In this document: piece after piece, positions 36,398-48,655 of the stretch
Layout: each line of letters starts with the position of its first letter
How positions within the stretch are numbered: the first letter of the stretch is position 1
From: Dipteris shenzhenensis
Lineage: Eukaryota
Strand: one strand, 5' to 3'
Assembly (NCBI GenBank): GCA_047967505.1
Contig: CM106538.1
Length of the DNA: 64,000 nt
Made by a program: the position numbers and the translations under genes
Notes under the pieces: generated by a model
Seen by the model: the letters and a program-made list of their open reading frames with translations, nothing else
Told to the model about the DNA's origin: nothing
The model's database searches: none

Positions 36398-39017
36398 TTT
36401 TGTCACTATTTCTCCCAAGTGCAGGTTCCAAGGGTGTTGATCACCTACAGTCGTGTCATTGCGCATTGTAGCATAGGTGTTCACAAGGGTAGCATAGGTC
36501 CTCGGGTCATATTGCAGTGAGAGGTGTAGGCTAAAGGGTGGAAAGTAGATCTCATGCGTGCGTGGATGAGAGAGAGTGATGGATCACAACGATTAATGGG
36601 GGCTCTCACCTCCAGAATAGTTCAAGGGTTTAGAAGGGGATTCCAGAATTCGAAAAGGGGATAGGGTTGAGAGAGCTATCTAGGAGTTCTAGGGTTTAGA
36701 GAGGGTTGCGGGTTTAGAAGGAGTCCAGGGTTGAGGAGTGGAGAGCTAGTCTCCTTCATGAATTTGAGGGGTAAGGGTTGAGGAGGAGGGACAAGGGAGA
36801 AGGGAGGAGGAGAAGGAGGGAGGAAGAGGAGGAGGAGGGAGGAAGGAGGGAGGAGGAGGAGGACGGGGGAGGAAGGAGGGAGGAAATAAAGAAAATAAAG
36901 ATCTATTAATGACCTCACGGGTCTATGAGACAAAGTACCAGCACCAAAAAGTGACTTACTACATCTGCATAGCCAAAGAATCGAGGGGGTGGACAAGGCC
37001 AACTCCTCCCAATTTATTATAGAGCGTAGCTATATTCTAACACTATCATAAAGTGGTCTTTATGACATCAATTTAAGACCGAGAGTCTTTGGGTTTGGAT
37101 TTGAAGTCCCTAATCAATGCTTGCCCATCTCGATAAACTACCCATTTGCCTACCTTGTGTGCTTCCTTTATCTTGGTGATTTCATTGTTTCTTTATTTGA
37201 GCTAGAGTGGAGTGAGCTCCTCAGATATCCAAATCTTTGTACCCTTTAACTTATGTGTTTGTCTGAGAATTTTGATTCTTGCTATCTTCCCTCTGCAGTA
37301 AATCTGTGCTTGCGTGCTAATTTGGCTGACATTGCGGATATCATTATCATCCCATTTGATTTTGCAATACTTCCTTCTTAAGGAATATGGTTATGTTTTC
37401 AATGCTTTTCTCCTCATCATCATGAAGGCAACCTTCTTTCAATCCCTGAATGCGTAAGATCATCTTATTCCATGCTATAGCTTCTTGCTCTTTTACTTCC
37501 ACATAAAGGTCAGCTCTATTAACTTTGTTAATGGCATCAGCAGGAGCAACAATTATTTCTTGTTTAATTGAGCTCACATGAGTGGTGATCATATCCTGAA
37601 CCGTAGAGACAAGTATCAGTGCTGGTGGAGATGCATTACATTTATGTACTGCCTTTGCAATAATTTCCTCCTTTCCACCTACTCTCCATATCTAGCCCTT
37701 TTCTCCCAAGGGCTGCAAGCTGAAGCTTGAGCTCTCCAATCTCTTACTGTAGGTAATAGATTTGCTCCTACGGGTCAATATTAACCATCCGACTTTGATG
37801 TGTTTTTGCATAGGAGGAAGGTGTCTTCACAATGGTCAAATACAAAGGCTTGAAAGAGGGGGATAGGGTTGCAAAAAACTTTGATCGTAGGGAATTCCAT
37901 GGTGACCTACACTTGTGTGTGTACCCCCTCCTTAAGCTAACCCCCAAGGTTGGGCTTAGGATTTAGCCGAACCTGGAGTCGATGAACTGGAGCGGGGAAT
38001 TGACTAGTCAAATTGAATTGATTTGACTAGACCAAACTGAATAGAGCTGAGCTGAGTTGAACTGAAACTCAACTCAAAATGGCGGTCGTGAACTTTGTAC
38101 TTTGGAGGAGACTTTGTGGCGATGAACTTTGTGGCAAGACAAAAACCTTTGGCGGCGACTCGATGGCAGTGAAGCAACCTACTCAGGTGGCTCAGGCTAT
38201 GGGGGGGACAGTCTGTTTGGAGAGACAGGTTGGGAGAGGTGGCTTGGGATAGACGGGGCTGAGACGAGCTGAGACGGCAGGCTGGGAGAGACGGACTGGG
38301 AGGGGGGAGGAGGAGGAGGGAGGAAGGAGGGAGGAGGAAGGAGGGAGGAGGAGGGAGGAAGGAGGGAGGATGAAGGAGAGGAGGGAGGAGGAGGGAGGAA
38401 GGAGAAGGAGGAAGGAGGAGGAGGAGGGAGTACAAGGGTAGGGAGTGCAAGGGTAAGGGCATGCTAGAACACGATAGTGTAAGAGAGCATGGATGCAATG
38501 GAGATCAATCACATGAACACAATAGTGAGCTTGAACATTGAACCCCAAATAGTGGGAGCTTCATTCCATTCAAAAATATTTATATATGTTGGTCTCTACA
38601 CAATCCGTACCTCCGTGTTGGGACCTCTTTTGTAGGAGAACTTTTGGACAAGAGTCCCTCCACTTTTGGAGGGGACCTTTTGGGTCTTTGCACAAAGTGG
38701 GGGGACCTTTGAGTCTCTACACAAAGTGGGGGGACCTTTTGGGTCTCTACACAAAGTAGGGGGACCTCAAAAAGTGTAGGCTTTTATTCTCTCTCTCTAG
38801 ATTTAGCATTTCTCTCTCTAGATCCTGATTTTGTAAGTATGATTGGATCTTTTCTAGAGAGGGTTTTGGTTATCCTCATCTTTTAAGATTCATCATACCA
38901 TCTTTCAGGATCAAGATATTACAAGTGGAGCTTTGCTGCTACACTACACACACAATGCTTTCATCGTTATTGTTGCCCTAGACTGCACTTCTGGCCCTTG
39001 TTGTCACAAGGTTAACA
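36398..39017 (-). repeat. 3' LTR of the Athila-like element (interrupted by LINE at ~36885-38305)
   Basis: Aligns by eye along its length with 48656-49839, including the GGA-rich tract and CACAAAGTGGGGGGAC repeats. Confidence 0.88.
36885..38305 (-). mobile_element. ORF1-only non-autonomous LINE inserted in the GGA tract of the LTR
   Basis: Decayed ORF1 (NKMILRIQGLKE...KLKGTKIWISEELT...GKWVVYRDGQALIRDFKSKPKDSRS*, stop 37073-75), ~170 nt UTR, family 3' terminus at 36903-36934; absent from the sister LTR. Confidence 0.8.
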
Positions 39018-39049
39018 ACTACCTTGGACTGATTTGATTACCCATCCTT

Positions 39050-42000
39050 GAGTTATGGTTGAGTTTGTAGATGATGTTGTGTTGCGGTTGTCTTTACCCA
39101 ATGATTATGGTAAAGATGGCAACGGTGATAGATGGAGCGAGTTTGTTGTTGATCTTTTCCTTGTAATCCACAAACATCGTAGATTGCTTGCTTATTTTGT
39201 GAGAAGCCAGTGTCAGCATTTCTTCAAACAAACAGACATGACGCCCTTGAAGAGACATGGCTCTTTAAAAGAGGTGACTTGTTGTTTGAGCATCTATTTG
39301 TTGATTTGGATTGAAGCTGAGGTTGGGTAAATTGTCATCAATGGTGAGGGACATCTCCAAGATTACTACTAAAGTTTCACTATATTTTGCACTTTCCTTG
39401 AGTGTTTTGTCATAACTTCCTTGCATAATTGATGCATGTTTGTCCAAGGCTCTAATGAGTGTTTCTTGGCTTTTCCATTTGATCTTGGAGTTTCTATTGA
39501 TTAACGGCCAATCGCGAGGAGCATCTATACTTTTTGGATCACATGATGATTGGCATCCCACCGGTAGCGACGGGGTACCACATCAAATGTGGGATGCATC
39601 AAAAGGAAGATGGAGCTTGTAAGTACTCAAGGAGGCAATTTTCATTGAGTAGATTTGGTCTACGCCATGTAGGTTGTGGCTCCAATTTGTTGCTGATGTC
39701 TGGAGTGATTTGCCGGGTGGATACTCATTGACATTTCAGAGAGGTCCCATCCTCCTCTTGTCTACATGTCTGGGTATTGCCTCCAAAAATCACCAATGGT
39801 GTCTTCCATTGAAAACTCAAGGGAGATCTAAGGAATATGTGGTCTTGGGGGAAGAGGTTATAGGGGAAAAGCTTGAGGTTGAAGCAAGTATTGAATTTGA
39901 GAAGGTAGAAGTAGGGATGCTGGTGGAAAGTGGAGTAAGAGCATGGCAAATGGATTTAGCAACTTGATAGTCCTTAAGGGATGGATTGTCAAGTGTTGGA
40001 AAAAAGTTAGGTGTAATTGGATGATAGGAGTTAGATTCTTGGATTAGGCAGTAGTGTTGAGAGGCATGGTCGAAGAATATGGGTTAGCATGGATTTTTGG
40101 AAAGGTACAGAGGATAGTACTAGAGTTAGGGAGGGATGTGAGAAGATTAGAATAGAGAGTGGCAAGATAGGGTATATTAGATTGAAGATAGACCACATAA
40201 TGTTGCTTTTGGTAGGCAATGTCAGCTTTAATGTAGGATTTTTTAGGGAGTTATATCCCATGGAAGTTGCTGGTGATTGTTGTAGTAAGGGTAGGAGGCC
40301 GGCTATTACCCAAATAGGGGGCTTCCCATCAAGCATTCATATAGTAGTACATAGATCCCAGAGAATCTTTGTGCTTACTGGCCTGGTCCAATCAAGACAG
40401 ATACTGCATGTAACATCTTGACTTGCAAGTGTTTCCACGGTATGCGTATTCTTCCTTGAAGGTGATCCTCTTGCTAGAGGAGTACAACAAGCTCTTTGTA
40501 TAATGTAGTGATGCCCTATAGCAAAAGATCTTGTGATGAACCTTTTGCACTGACATCGGCTTGTCTTAGTAGTTGAAGTTCCAGGTTGGAAGTTATTGCC
40601 TTTTGATTTTTCAACTCTATGCACTTTTCTTTATACTTATCCAGTGTTGGAGGTGCATGCAAGCTTGAGAATATTGAATTGTTAAGCTACTTTTGGCTGC
40701 CGTGGCAATTGATCATTAAGCACACAGATTTGGAGTATCTTTTGTTCTTAAGCATCCAATTCTGCGTTGGTATTCACAAGTGTCTCTCTTGATGCCATGC
40801 ATTCCTTTTCTAGTGCTTGAATTTGATGTTTACCTTCTTTGAGGCTATTTTGCAACTCATTGTTTGTGTCTATTGGGGCATGGAGTTGATCTTCTTTAAG
40901 TAGCAGTCTTGCATTGAAGTGCACCATTTCCTTTTTAAGATCATCACAAGTGACTTACATTTGGGAGAGGGATAACTTGACCTGTTCATTTTTGTTCAAG
41001 GCATCAGATAGTTGTAGGTGTTTTTCTTTGATAGAAATCGTGGCTTGTAGGGCATCCTTTCTACTTTCCACTAGAGCATTTTGTGCAAGGAGTTGTTGAT
41101 GCATTTGCTCTGCCATGCTTTACTTGAGCTTATGAATTTCAGTCTCGGCACTGTGCATCTTGGTTTCGAGTGATGGGAGCATCTGCCTTTCCATTTCTCT
41201 TTCCTGCTCATTTGACGCCATGGTAGGCAAATAAATGCCACCATTGTTGCAACTGTAGACTATGATATTTCCTTGCTTGTATTGGACATACATTTGAATC
41301 CCATGTGCTCATGTGGAATTTTAATATATTTCTTGAACAACAGTCTATTGTATGATGCCACTAGACATAGTTGAGGGTTGTGACTCAAGAGCCCTGGAGT
41401 CATCAACGTTGTTGGCTTGTGATTCTTGAAGGGGCATGCTATTTGGCTCACTTGTGAAGTCATTGTGTGGCATGGCCTCCTCTTGTATATCCAGTCTCAA
41501 GTCCTTCTATTACGGTAACAATACTAAACTAAGTTATAGGATTCTTTGGTAGAGTTCCACATTGTGATTCTCTAGAACTTGTTCAAATTGCCGTTCATCC
41601 ATGTTATCCACAGTGAGAGTAGGTGGAGGCTCTAATTCCCATTCCGGCGATAATATCAAATTTTCAAAGTCTTCTATATCTTATGTTGAGAGGGCTGTAG
41701 AGTCTTCCTCTTGTTGTATTGCAAACCCAATTATAATGGCCAATACATGGGCAATGTAGCTTTTGCCATTATATGTTGTGGATACATAATTGGTTAGCAA
41801 CAAAGATATGTGTTAAGCCCAATCTTGTAGTTTTTCCCTACCAAGGAGTGTAAGAGTTTTTACTGACATGGAATTTCTTCTCACTCCTATATGATTAAAA
41901 ATGTCAGCCAGAAACTTGGCTGCCTCTTTGCATATGGGATCCAAAATCATATCATGGCATACCCCCCCGCTTTGTGACTTTGTGTTAGGTTGGAATAAGT

Positions 42001-42190
42001 CCTAAATCTAAGAGAATATTACATCCAAATGTTTCTTTGGATAATATTCTTGTGCCTCTAGCCGGTGTGATACTTCTTGGATGATAATCAGAGTTATACT
42101 TCTTGGGCGACGATCGACATTATCTGGAGATGGCAGCAGTTGGTGGGATGCTAGGATCATGACGGTCGGTGAGATACCTCTATGGTGACA
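39050..42190 (-). pseudogene. Decayed additional ORF region (env position) of the Athila-like element; function unknown
   Basis: Chain of minus-strand ORF pieces (42008-42364, 40337-40624, 40031-40336, 39265-39561) with a Q/K/E-rich coiled-coil-like stretch at ~40650-41200; no recognised domain. Confidence 0.45.
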
Positions 42191-43459
42191 ACCGGCGTGA
42201 TATTGACTGTGTAAAGGAGTAAACGAAAGAAAGAAAGAGAGAGAGTGGTGGGGGCAGGGGAACGAGTGAGTGAGTAAACTGCACTTATGCGATGTGGGCA
42301 TGATTGTGAGGTCAGCATGCAAGATGATGAACAAATGCAAAAATGGACGGTTGGTTCTAATCACCTAGTGCTGATCGTGGGTGTGCGTGTGCGTGTGTTC
42401 GATCGGGACTAGTGGGTTGTGGGTGCATCGAGTGAGATGCCTACCATACTGACTCACCTAGACCTGAACTCGATGATTATGAGTAATACATTGTGGGCGA
42501 GCGCACTGTGTTGCTGCATAGCATGTTAAAAGCCACGTAGAGTAAGTGTCCAGCTTGTTTTTTACCTTGGACACCAGAGGCACATTGGCATCGGGCTCAG
42601 TTGTTGGGGCGTGCTTCATCTTCTTGGGGGGAGCGAGTTCTTGTGGGACCACCCTGAGACCTTTGCTTTCTTGAGTGGTCGGTACCTTCAGAGGTGGTAC
42701 TTTGGATTGTTTGCCTTCAGAATCAGAGGAAGGTTCTTGTGTAACACCTCGTAGGGGGGGGGGGTTGGTTCTTGAGGGGCTCCCTGGTGGTTGTCCTTGG
42801 TGACATTTATGTTGACTACTTGCAGTAGTAGTGTGTGCTCAATACCTTGGGGCTACCCTATTTCATTCGGTTTGTCATGGTAGGTTCTTGTGGAGATGTA
42901 TCTCGGGGAGACATGGGTTCTTGTGTTGCTATCTTCGGTACCTTTAAGGCTTGCACCATCGACTTCACAACCCAGACGACCTTCTTGCCTTGGCTGCCCA
43001 AGTGGTTGGTGCTAACCAAGATGTTGGAGGGGTGTGGCGGTGGATGAGATGGATGAGGTGGGAGCATGGGCTGGCGGTGTGGTCTTCTTCTTGTAACATA
43101 GGGTTTCGAAAGAGACGTCCATGAGGTGACCAGGGCCTTCTGTGCTACCTTCATGTCATTTGGGAGTCAGATCCGATCAAAGTGACATTGGGCATAGAGG
43201 ATAGCATCTTGTACTTGCTATTCTCGAGTTTCTTGAGCGGAGGGCAGTGGCATTGGTGGAATGGGCAATGGCACCGGTGTACCATTGCAGCAATCGTTCT
43301 TTGCCCTTCGAGCTGGGACTTTTGGTGGCATGTTAGAGGTGGCTGGAACTTTTGGTCCACCCATCTGCGTAGCTTCATCATCATGGATCGGCGAGGGCAG
43401 AACTGAAGAAGCCCGGGCTTGGTCCACACAGCAAAAATACCACCATTTGGCCCCCATTG

Positions 43460-43770
43460 GTGAGTGAAGCAGTCCGGGTGCACCAGTCGATTTGGCAGTT
43501 CACGGCGTAGCACCAGGTTCTTCCCAGTGTAATATGTTCTTCGATTGCTTTTGTGGGGAGAACATAAAATCGTATATCCACTGCCTCGTGAACAACAGTT
43601 AGACTTCAATTCACAAAACCCAAAGTTTGTAGGAGTTGGCCATTAATAGCTCTTATTGAAGTGATGGTGAGGGTTAGGGGTACTACCTATAGCTTTTCCC
43701 ATACCTCACGGGAGAGGAAGTTGTGGCTCGCTCTTGGAACCACGAGTGCTTTGATGTGCATGGATGGGAC
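43460..43770 (-). pseudogene. Retropepsin-like aspartic protease domain downstream of integrase
   Basis: HIKALVVPRASHNFLSREVWEKL...SIRAING...TLG...RFYVL...HITLGRTWCYAVNCQIDW; same frame as integrase. Confidence 0.72.
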
Positions 43771-43965
43771 CTGTAGCAGTTGAACAAGCAACCTGCATAG
43801 CTCCATAGTTAGCTCATCCGTTAGTTGCATCTATTCAATCGTTGCCTTAAGCAGTGTCATTTGCCTACATTGTCGGAGCTTAGCATTGCAGATTCTGGCC
43901 TCCTCGATGGCCTAGTCTTTCATCTTGGCCACCTTGACCTTGAGTTCTTTTTCTCTATGCACAAC

Positions 43966-44710
43966 TTAAAGGGTGGAGAGAGTAAGTGGTCTGTAGTATC
44001 TTTTTAATTTGCTCCCGTTAAGGTAGCCATCCATTTTTGTCCCATCAAGGGTGGCTATTCGACACGACCCTTGGGGAGTGATCTCAACTACATGGTAGGG
44101 ACCCATACCTCGGTACTTAATCTTGCATTTCATACTACGAACACTGTATAGGAGTGCCAAATCTCATTCTACCAAGTCCTTTTTCTTGAGGTTGCGATTG
44201 AACCACTTTTTCCATTGGGCCTTTTCTACCTAGAGAGAGTAGGCTACATGCAACCTTGTCTCTTCTAACCTTTTGAGATCAAGTAGCCGTTCTGCTAGCG
44301 CGTTGTCTACGAGTCTTTCCTTAATGATAAGACGAAGTCTAGGCACTACATATTCCATTAACATTATTGCCTCCACCCCGAAGGCTAGGCTGAAGGGGGT
44401 ACAATGCATGGCCACTTTGTAGGAGGTCCTATAGGCCCATAATGTTGCTATGAGATTATGCTCCCAGTCGGTACAATTGGCTTCTATCATACAGGTGATG
44501 ATCTTACTGCACGTTTTGTTGGAGCTCTCGGCCAAGCCATTTTCCCTAGGGTAGTATGGCGTTGACTTCCTATGTATGATCATAAACTCACTAGTCAGGA
44601 TTGCTATCATTTTGTTGAGGAAGTGAGCTCCTCAGTCACTGACTAACTCCAATGGATATCCGAACTACGTAATGACTTGTTCATCTAAGAATTTAGTAGT
44701 GGATCTCGCA
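43966..44710 (-). pseudogene. Integrase core and GPY module (Athila/Tat type), N-terminus missing
   Basis: FGYPLELVSD*GAHF...HRKSTPYYPRENGLAESSNK...LWAYRTSYK...TPFSLAFGVEA...GPY...YLNGSKLKRY. Confidence 0.9.
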
Positions 44711-46495
44711 AATCGACATTGGGAGGTATCATGATTTCCCCACCTATGGTAGTGTGTGCTAGGCGTAGGCACTCATTGGAGGGGTGGTTGCCATTGCATA
44801 CCCCACACTAGACATTGTCTCTCCATGGAAACAAGTGGGGGTTGCTCCGCACCTCTTTGGAGGTTCCTGCTATTGGCCTAGCTGATCTAATAGATTGGAG
44901 GCCAGCTCGCTCATATCCAAGCCCTTGTGCTCGTTAGTCTCCTTCTTGATCAATTCTACACTCAAAGACCTAACTGATGGAGCTATTTCTGAGCACGGTT
45001 TGGGGCTTTATCCAAATTCGTCTTGTCCATCATGTTGTCACATATGCGGATGGCCACTTTGCTGCATAAATCAAAGGAGATAGGGTTCATCACCATGAGG
45101 TGGTCGTGTAGCTTCGAGTCTACCAATTCGATAAGAAAGCAGGGCAACAATCGTTCATCGCTCATCCGCTCGTACAGTTCACAACGGGCATTGAGGTGCT
45201 TGATCCTGGCAATGTAATCCCTTAGGGATTCCTTATCATTCTACTTTACATCATATAATTGGTTGATCAGGCTCCATTTATGGCCATGGGGGGCAAACCC
45301 CACAATAAAGGTCTTTCTCAATGTCTCCCAGTTGATCTTCTCTTCTAGGGTGAGAGCCCTATACCACCATTGGCCTGCTTTGCCATCCAGGCTAATACCA
45401 AACACATTGGCCATCTCTAGGTCTCTGGGAGGGCCAAAAGCTTCGCAAATATATTCAAACTTCTCCACATGGGAGACCGGGTCTCCTTCTCCAAGGAACT
45501 TGGTCATTAGTTTGGAGATGGCTATGGGTCAACTCCTCGAGGGATTCGCAAGATCTGCAGGAAACACTGGGGCAGGTGGAGGTGGTGTGGCCCCCCTTCC
45601 TAGGGTGTTCACCAAGATACGCATTTCCTCATCAGTCAACACTATTTGAGTGGCTAGCGGAGGTGGTGTTGCTGTGGGCCTTACGGGGCGTAGGGCTGGC
45701 CTTAAGCCTGGCCCAGGTGGTGGTATCCACGTGGTTGCTGGTACTGGCATTGGAACGGATGTTCCAAGGCCTGCATTCATTGGTGCAATTGGTATGGATG
45801 TGAAGGGACGTACTCTCAAAGGGGGTGGGTCCTAGGGCATAGGAACATTAGCTCCATGCAATGGGCAGTAGGGTGGAAACTGCGGTGCCCCATAGTTGGC
45901 GAAGGTTGGCGGCACCTGGACTATTGGAGATTCATAAGGCGCTCCACCTTGGAAGTTCCTAGTATCCCCTCAGCTGGGGTCTTGCCTTCGAAATTCCCTC
46001 ATCCATGGATCTTCATCATCCATGTTTTCCCACACTTTTGGAATAGGCGGAGGGTCCTGGATCGGCGAAGGTGGTTTCCATCTCGGTCTTTGGTTTAGGA
46101 GTTGGATGTTGCTGACCTTCCCTCCCTGCAGATATGCCGGCAGCGAAGGAGTTCTCCATGTTTGCCGACTCTATTTGGCCCAAGCGACCAACCATGTTGG
46201 AGAATGTACCTGTAAGCTTGGATGCAATGGAAGGTGTAGGCGAGTTAGGAGAGGCTACACTTGTGAATGGGGCCTCAGATGCCCTTGGATCTGAGGGGTC
46301 TTGCATTACCTCATCCAAGCTTTCTGTTTTGTCGGAGCTAGGTAGAGTTTTTCGTCTGAGGCCTACTATCGAGTGAAGGCTAGGGATCGAGCATCTGGAT
46401 TTCCAACTAGGACGGAGGGTGGGCTGAGTGTAGCTCGAAGCACTGTCTTCTGACATGGGATCCTTTGGCAAAATTCTTCCGGACCTCAAGTGCAT
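44711..46495 (-). pseudogene. gag: Athila-like gag, decayed
   Basis: MHLRSGR start; KFLGEGDPVSHVEKFEYIC...FGISLDGKAGQWW...WETLRKTF; ESLRDYIAR; CX2CX3HX4C knuckle at ~44770-44808. Confidence 0.85.
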
Positions 46496-47752
46496 GTGGC
46501 AGGCCTCTAGCTAAGCACCCTCAGGCTAAACTGAGATTCAGGATTTTTTTTAAAAAGAAAATATTTGGCTACCCCAGAGGTATCGCGATGGTCGCGATGG
46601 GATAGCTCTATAGTGATGGTTGAAGGGATAGGATATCGCACCGAGTGGTGGGATATGGGTATAGCAATGGGCAGAGGCATAGTAATGGGCGGCAGGATCG
46701 ATGTGACGTGATGATCAGAGGGATAGATCTTGCCACGGTGTGATGGGATCACAAGTTGGTAGGATACGAATGGAGCACTGAGCGATGGTATAGTTATCAC
46801 AACGGGCATGGGGATCAACAATCGCACTGGGCAGTGCGATAGGAGTGAAGCGATGATCAGCGAAATAAGCGTAATGCGATGATCGACGAAAATAATCAGT
46901 GGAATGAAATAGCAATGGGTGATGTGATTGATGTAACGCGATAGGCAGAGGGATATGAATATGACCATGGGCATGGTAGTGGGCTCACCGTGCTGGTGGC
47001 GGGTAGCAGAATAGCAATGGTTGACGGGATAGCCCTATGGCATTGGGTCAATGTCTGTCAGGTCGACGGGATAGCAACTCTAACAAGCATTTAATCGGGG
47101 CAGCGGGTTAGGTCATGGTTAGAAGTTAGGTCGGTGGGGTAGCCCTATGGCACCCGGTCAATGGGGTTTAACCGACGGGATATGGCTAATGCACCGACCG
47201 ACGGGATATTTGTTCGGCGGGGTAGCTCTATGGCATCGACTCGATGGGATAGGAAAACACAGTGTTGCCAACTGATTTTTGTGGATTTTTTGCAGGATTT
47301 GAGATTTTGTCCTAGATTTGTTCTGCATAGGCTCTCCAAGGGTATTTCGTCTGCAGAATAGGGTTGGGACAAGCTCTTTAAACCATATTCCTCTGGCAAA
47401 ATACACTTAGAGGGTCCATTAAAAAGGTACTATTTATTTTTCCTAGGTCATCCTCAGGAACTGTAAAGAGGATATTTGCTCAAAATTTTATGATGCAAGC
47501 AATGGTGAAAGCGAAAGAAAGGATTTTTTAAAGTCATAAAATAAGATATAAATATATGTATGTTTTATAAAGGTATATTTATATCTATATCTATTTATCA
47601 ATGTTTCATATTTACTTACATATTCCTTGAAATAATTTGGAATTTTTTGCTCCCCAAAAATGACTTGAGCCTATATATTTTGACCCCTCCCACCTTTTGT
47701 CTGCTCATTGCTCGAGGGTTTTTGCTCGAAAAATGGAAACCCCCCGGATATC

Positions 47753-47970
47753 GCTATATGCTGATAACATAATCCTCATCTCATCCTAAGCGGAGGGGCT
47801 GCAGAGACACTTATAGCCCCTAGAGGTGTTCTGTAGATAGACCTGACAATCAACCTTGGGAAGACCAAGGTTATGGTCTTGCAGTAATCCTAAGACTCAA
47901 TTTCACTTATCAAACTGAGCCAGTGGAGATAGTACAGTCATACACATATTTGGGAGCCGCCTTCACAGGT
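47753..47970 (+). mobile_element. Small LINE RT fragment inside the Athila-like leader
   Basis: LYADNIILISS*AEGLQRHL...DLTINLGKTKVM...EPVEIVQSYTYLG, homologous to 23800-24040(-). Confidence 0.8.
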
Positions 47971-48634
47971 TTCCTTTTCGAAAATTGTTTGTTGCATCAT
48001 CTTTGATAGGGAGAAATGCAACATTAGAAAAGGATCTCTCTCCAATAACCATATGCAAGAATTCTAAAACCCCAAGTATCCATGGGGTTAATACTCTTGT
48101 AGTGGAGGTTCCAAAATAGGGTAGAAGGAATAGAAAAGATCTTATAGATCATGAGTAGGTAGGTGTGGTATAGCAAGCTAACAAAGGTCATATTTGTTGC
48201 AAAGTATATTGATGTGCATCCCATTGTTTCTTTAATACATATGTAGTGGAGAAAACATGAGGGAAGGAAATATCCTATATATTCCAAGAAAAGCTTAATT
48301 TCATTAGCAAGGGAAAATGATATCAATGGATTAAAAGACATAAAACTCAAAATTTGGAGCTTGAAACCTATGAACTTGGAACCTAGCAAGAGCCTTTTAA
48401 TGTAAAGAAAGGGAGAGTGCTAAATGAAAAGGGTTGTGCTTTTATAGGATGTGGGGGGACTAAGGGTTAATTTTGGGTGTTTAGTGTATTAATATGATTA
48501 TGTAAAGCAACATTATCCTTTTGCACCATTTGGAAGATTTTTTTCACTCCTTTGCCTTGAGGGATGTGTCTTGAATGATTTTTAGAAGGGGGGGTTTTTT
48601 CACAGATGCTCCACTTTTGATTTAAGCACTAACC

Positions 48635-48652
48635 TCCTTGGTAGTGGTGCCA
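48635..48652 (-). promoter_or_regulatory. Degenerate Athila-type PBS (tRNA-Asp-like)
   Basis: Minus strand ...GACAACA TTT TGGCACCACTACCAAGGA next to the LTR end. Confidence 0.7.
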
Positions 48653-48655
48653 AAA

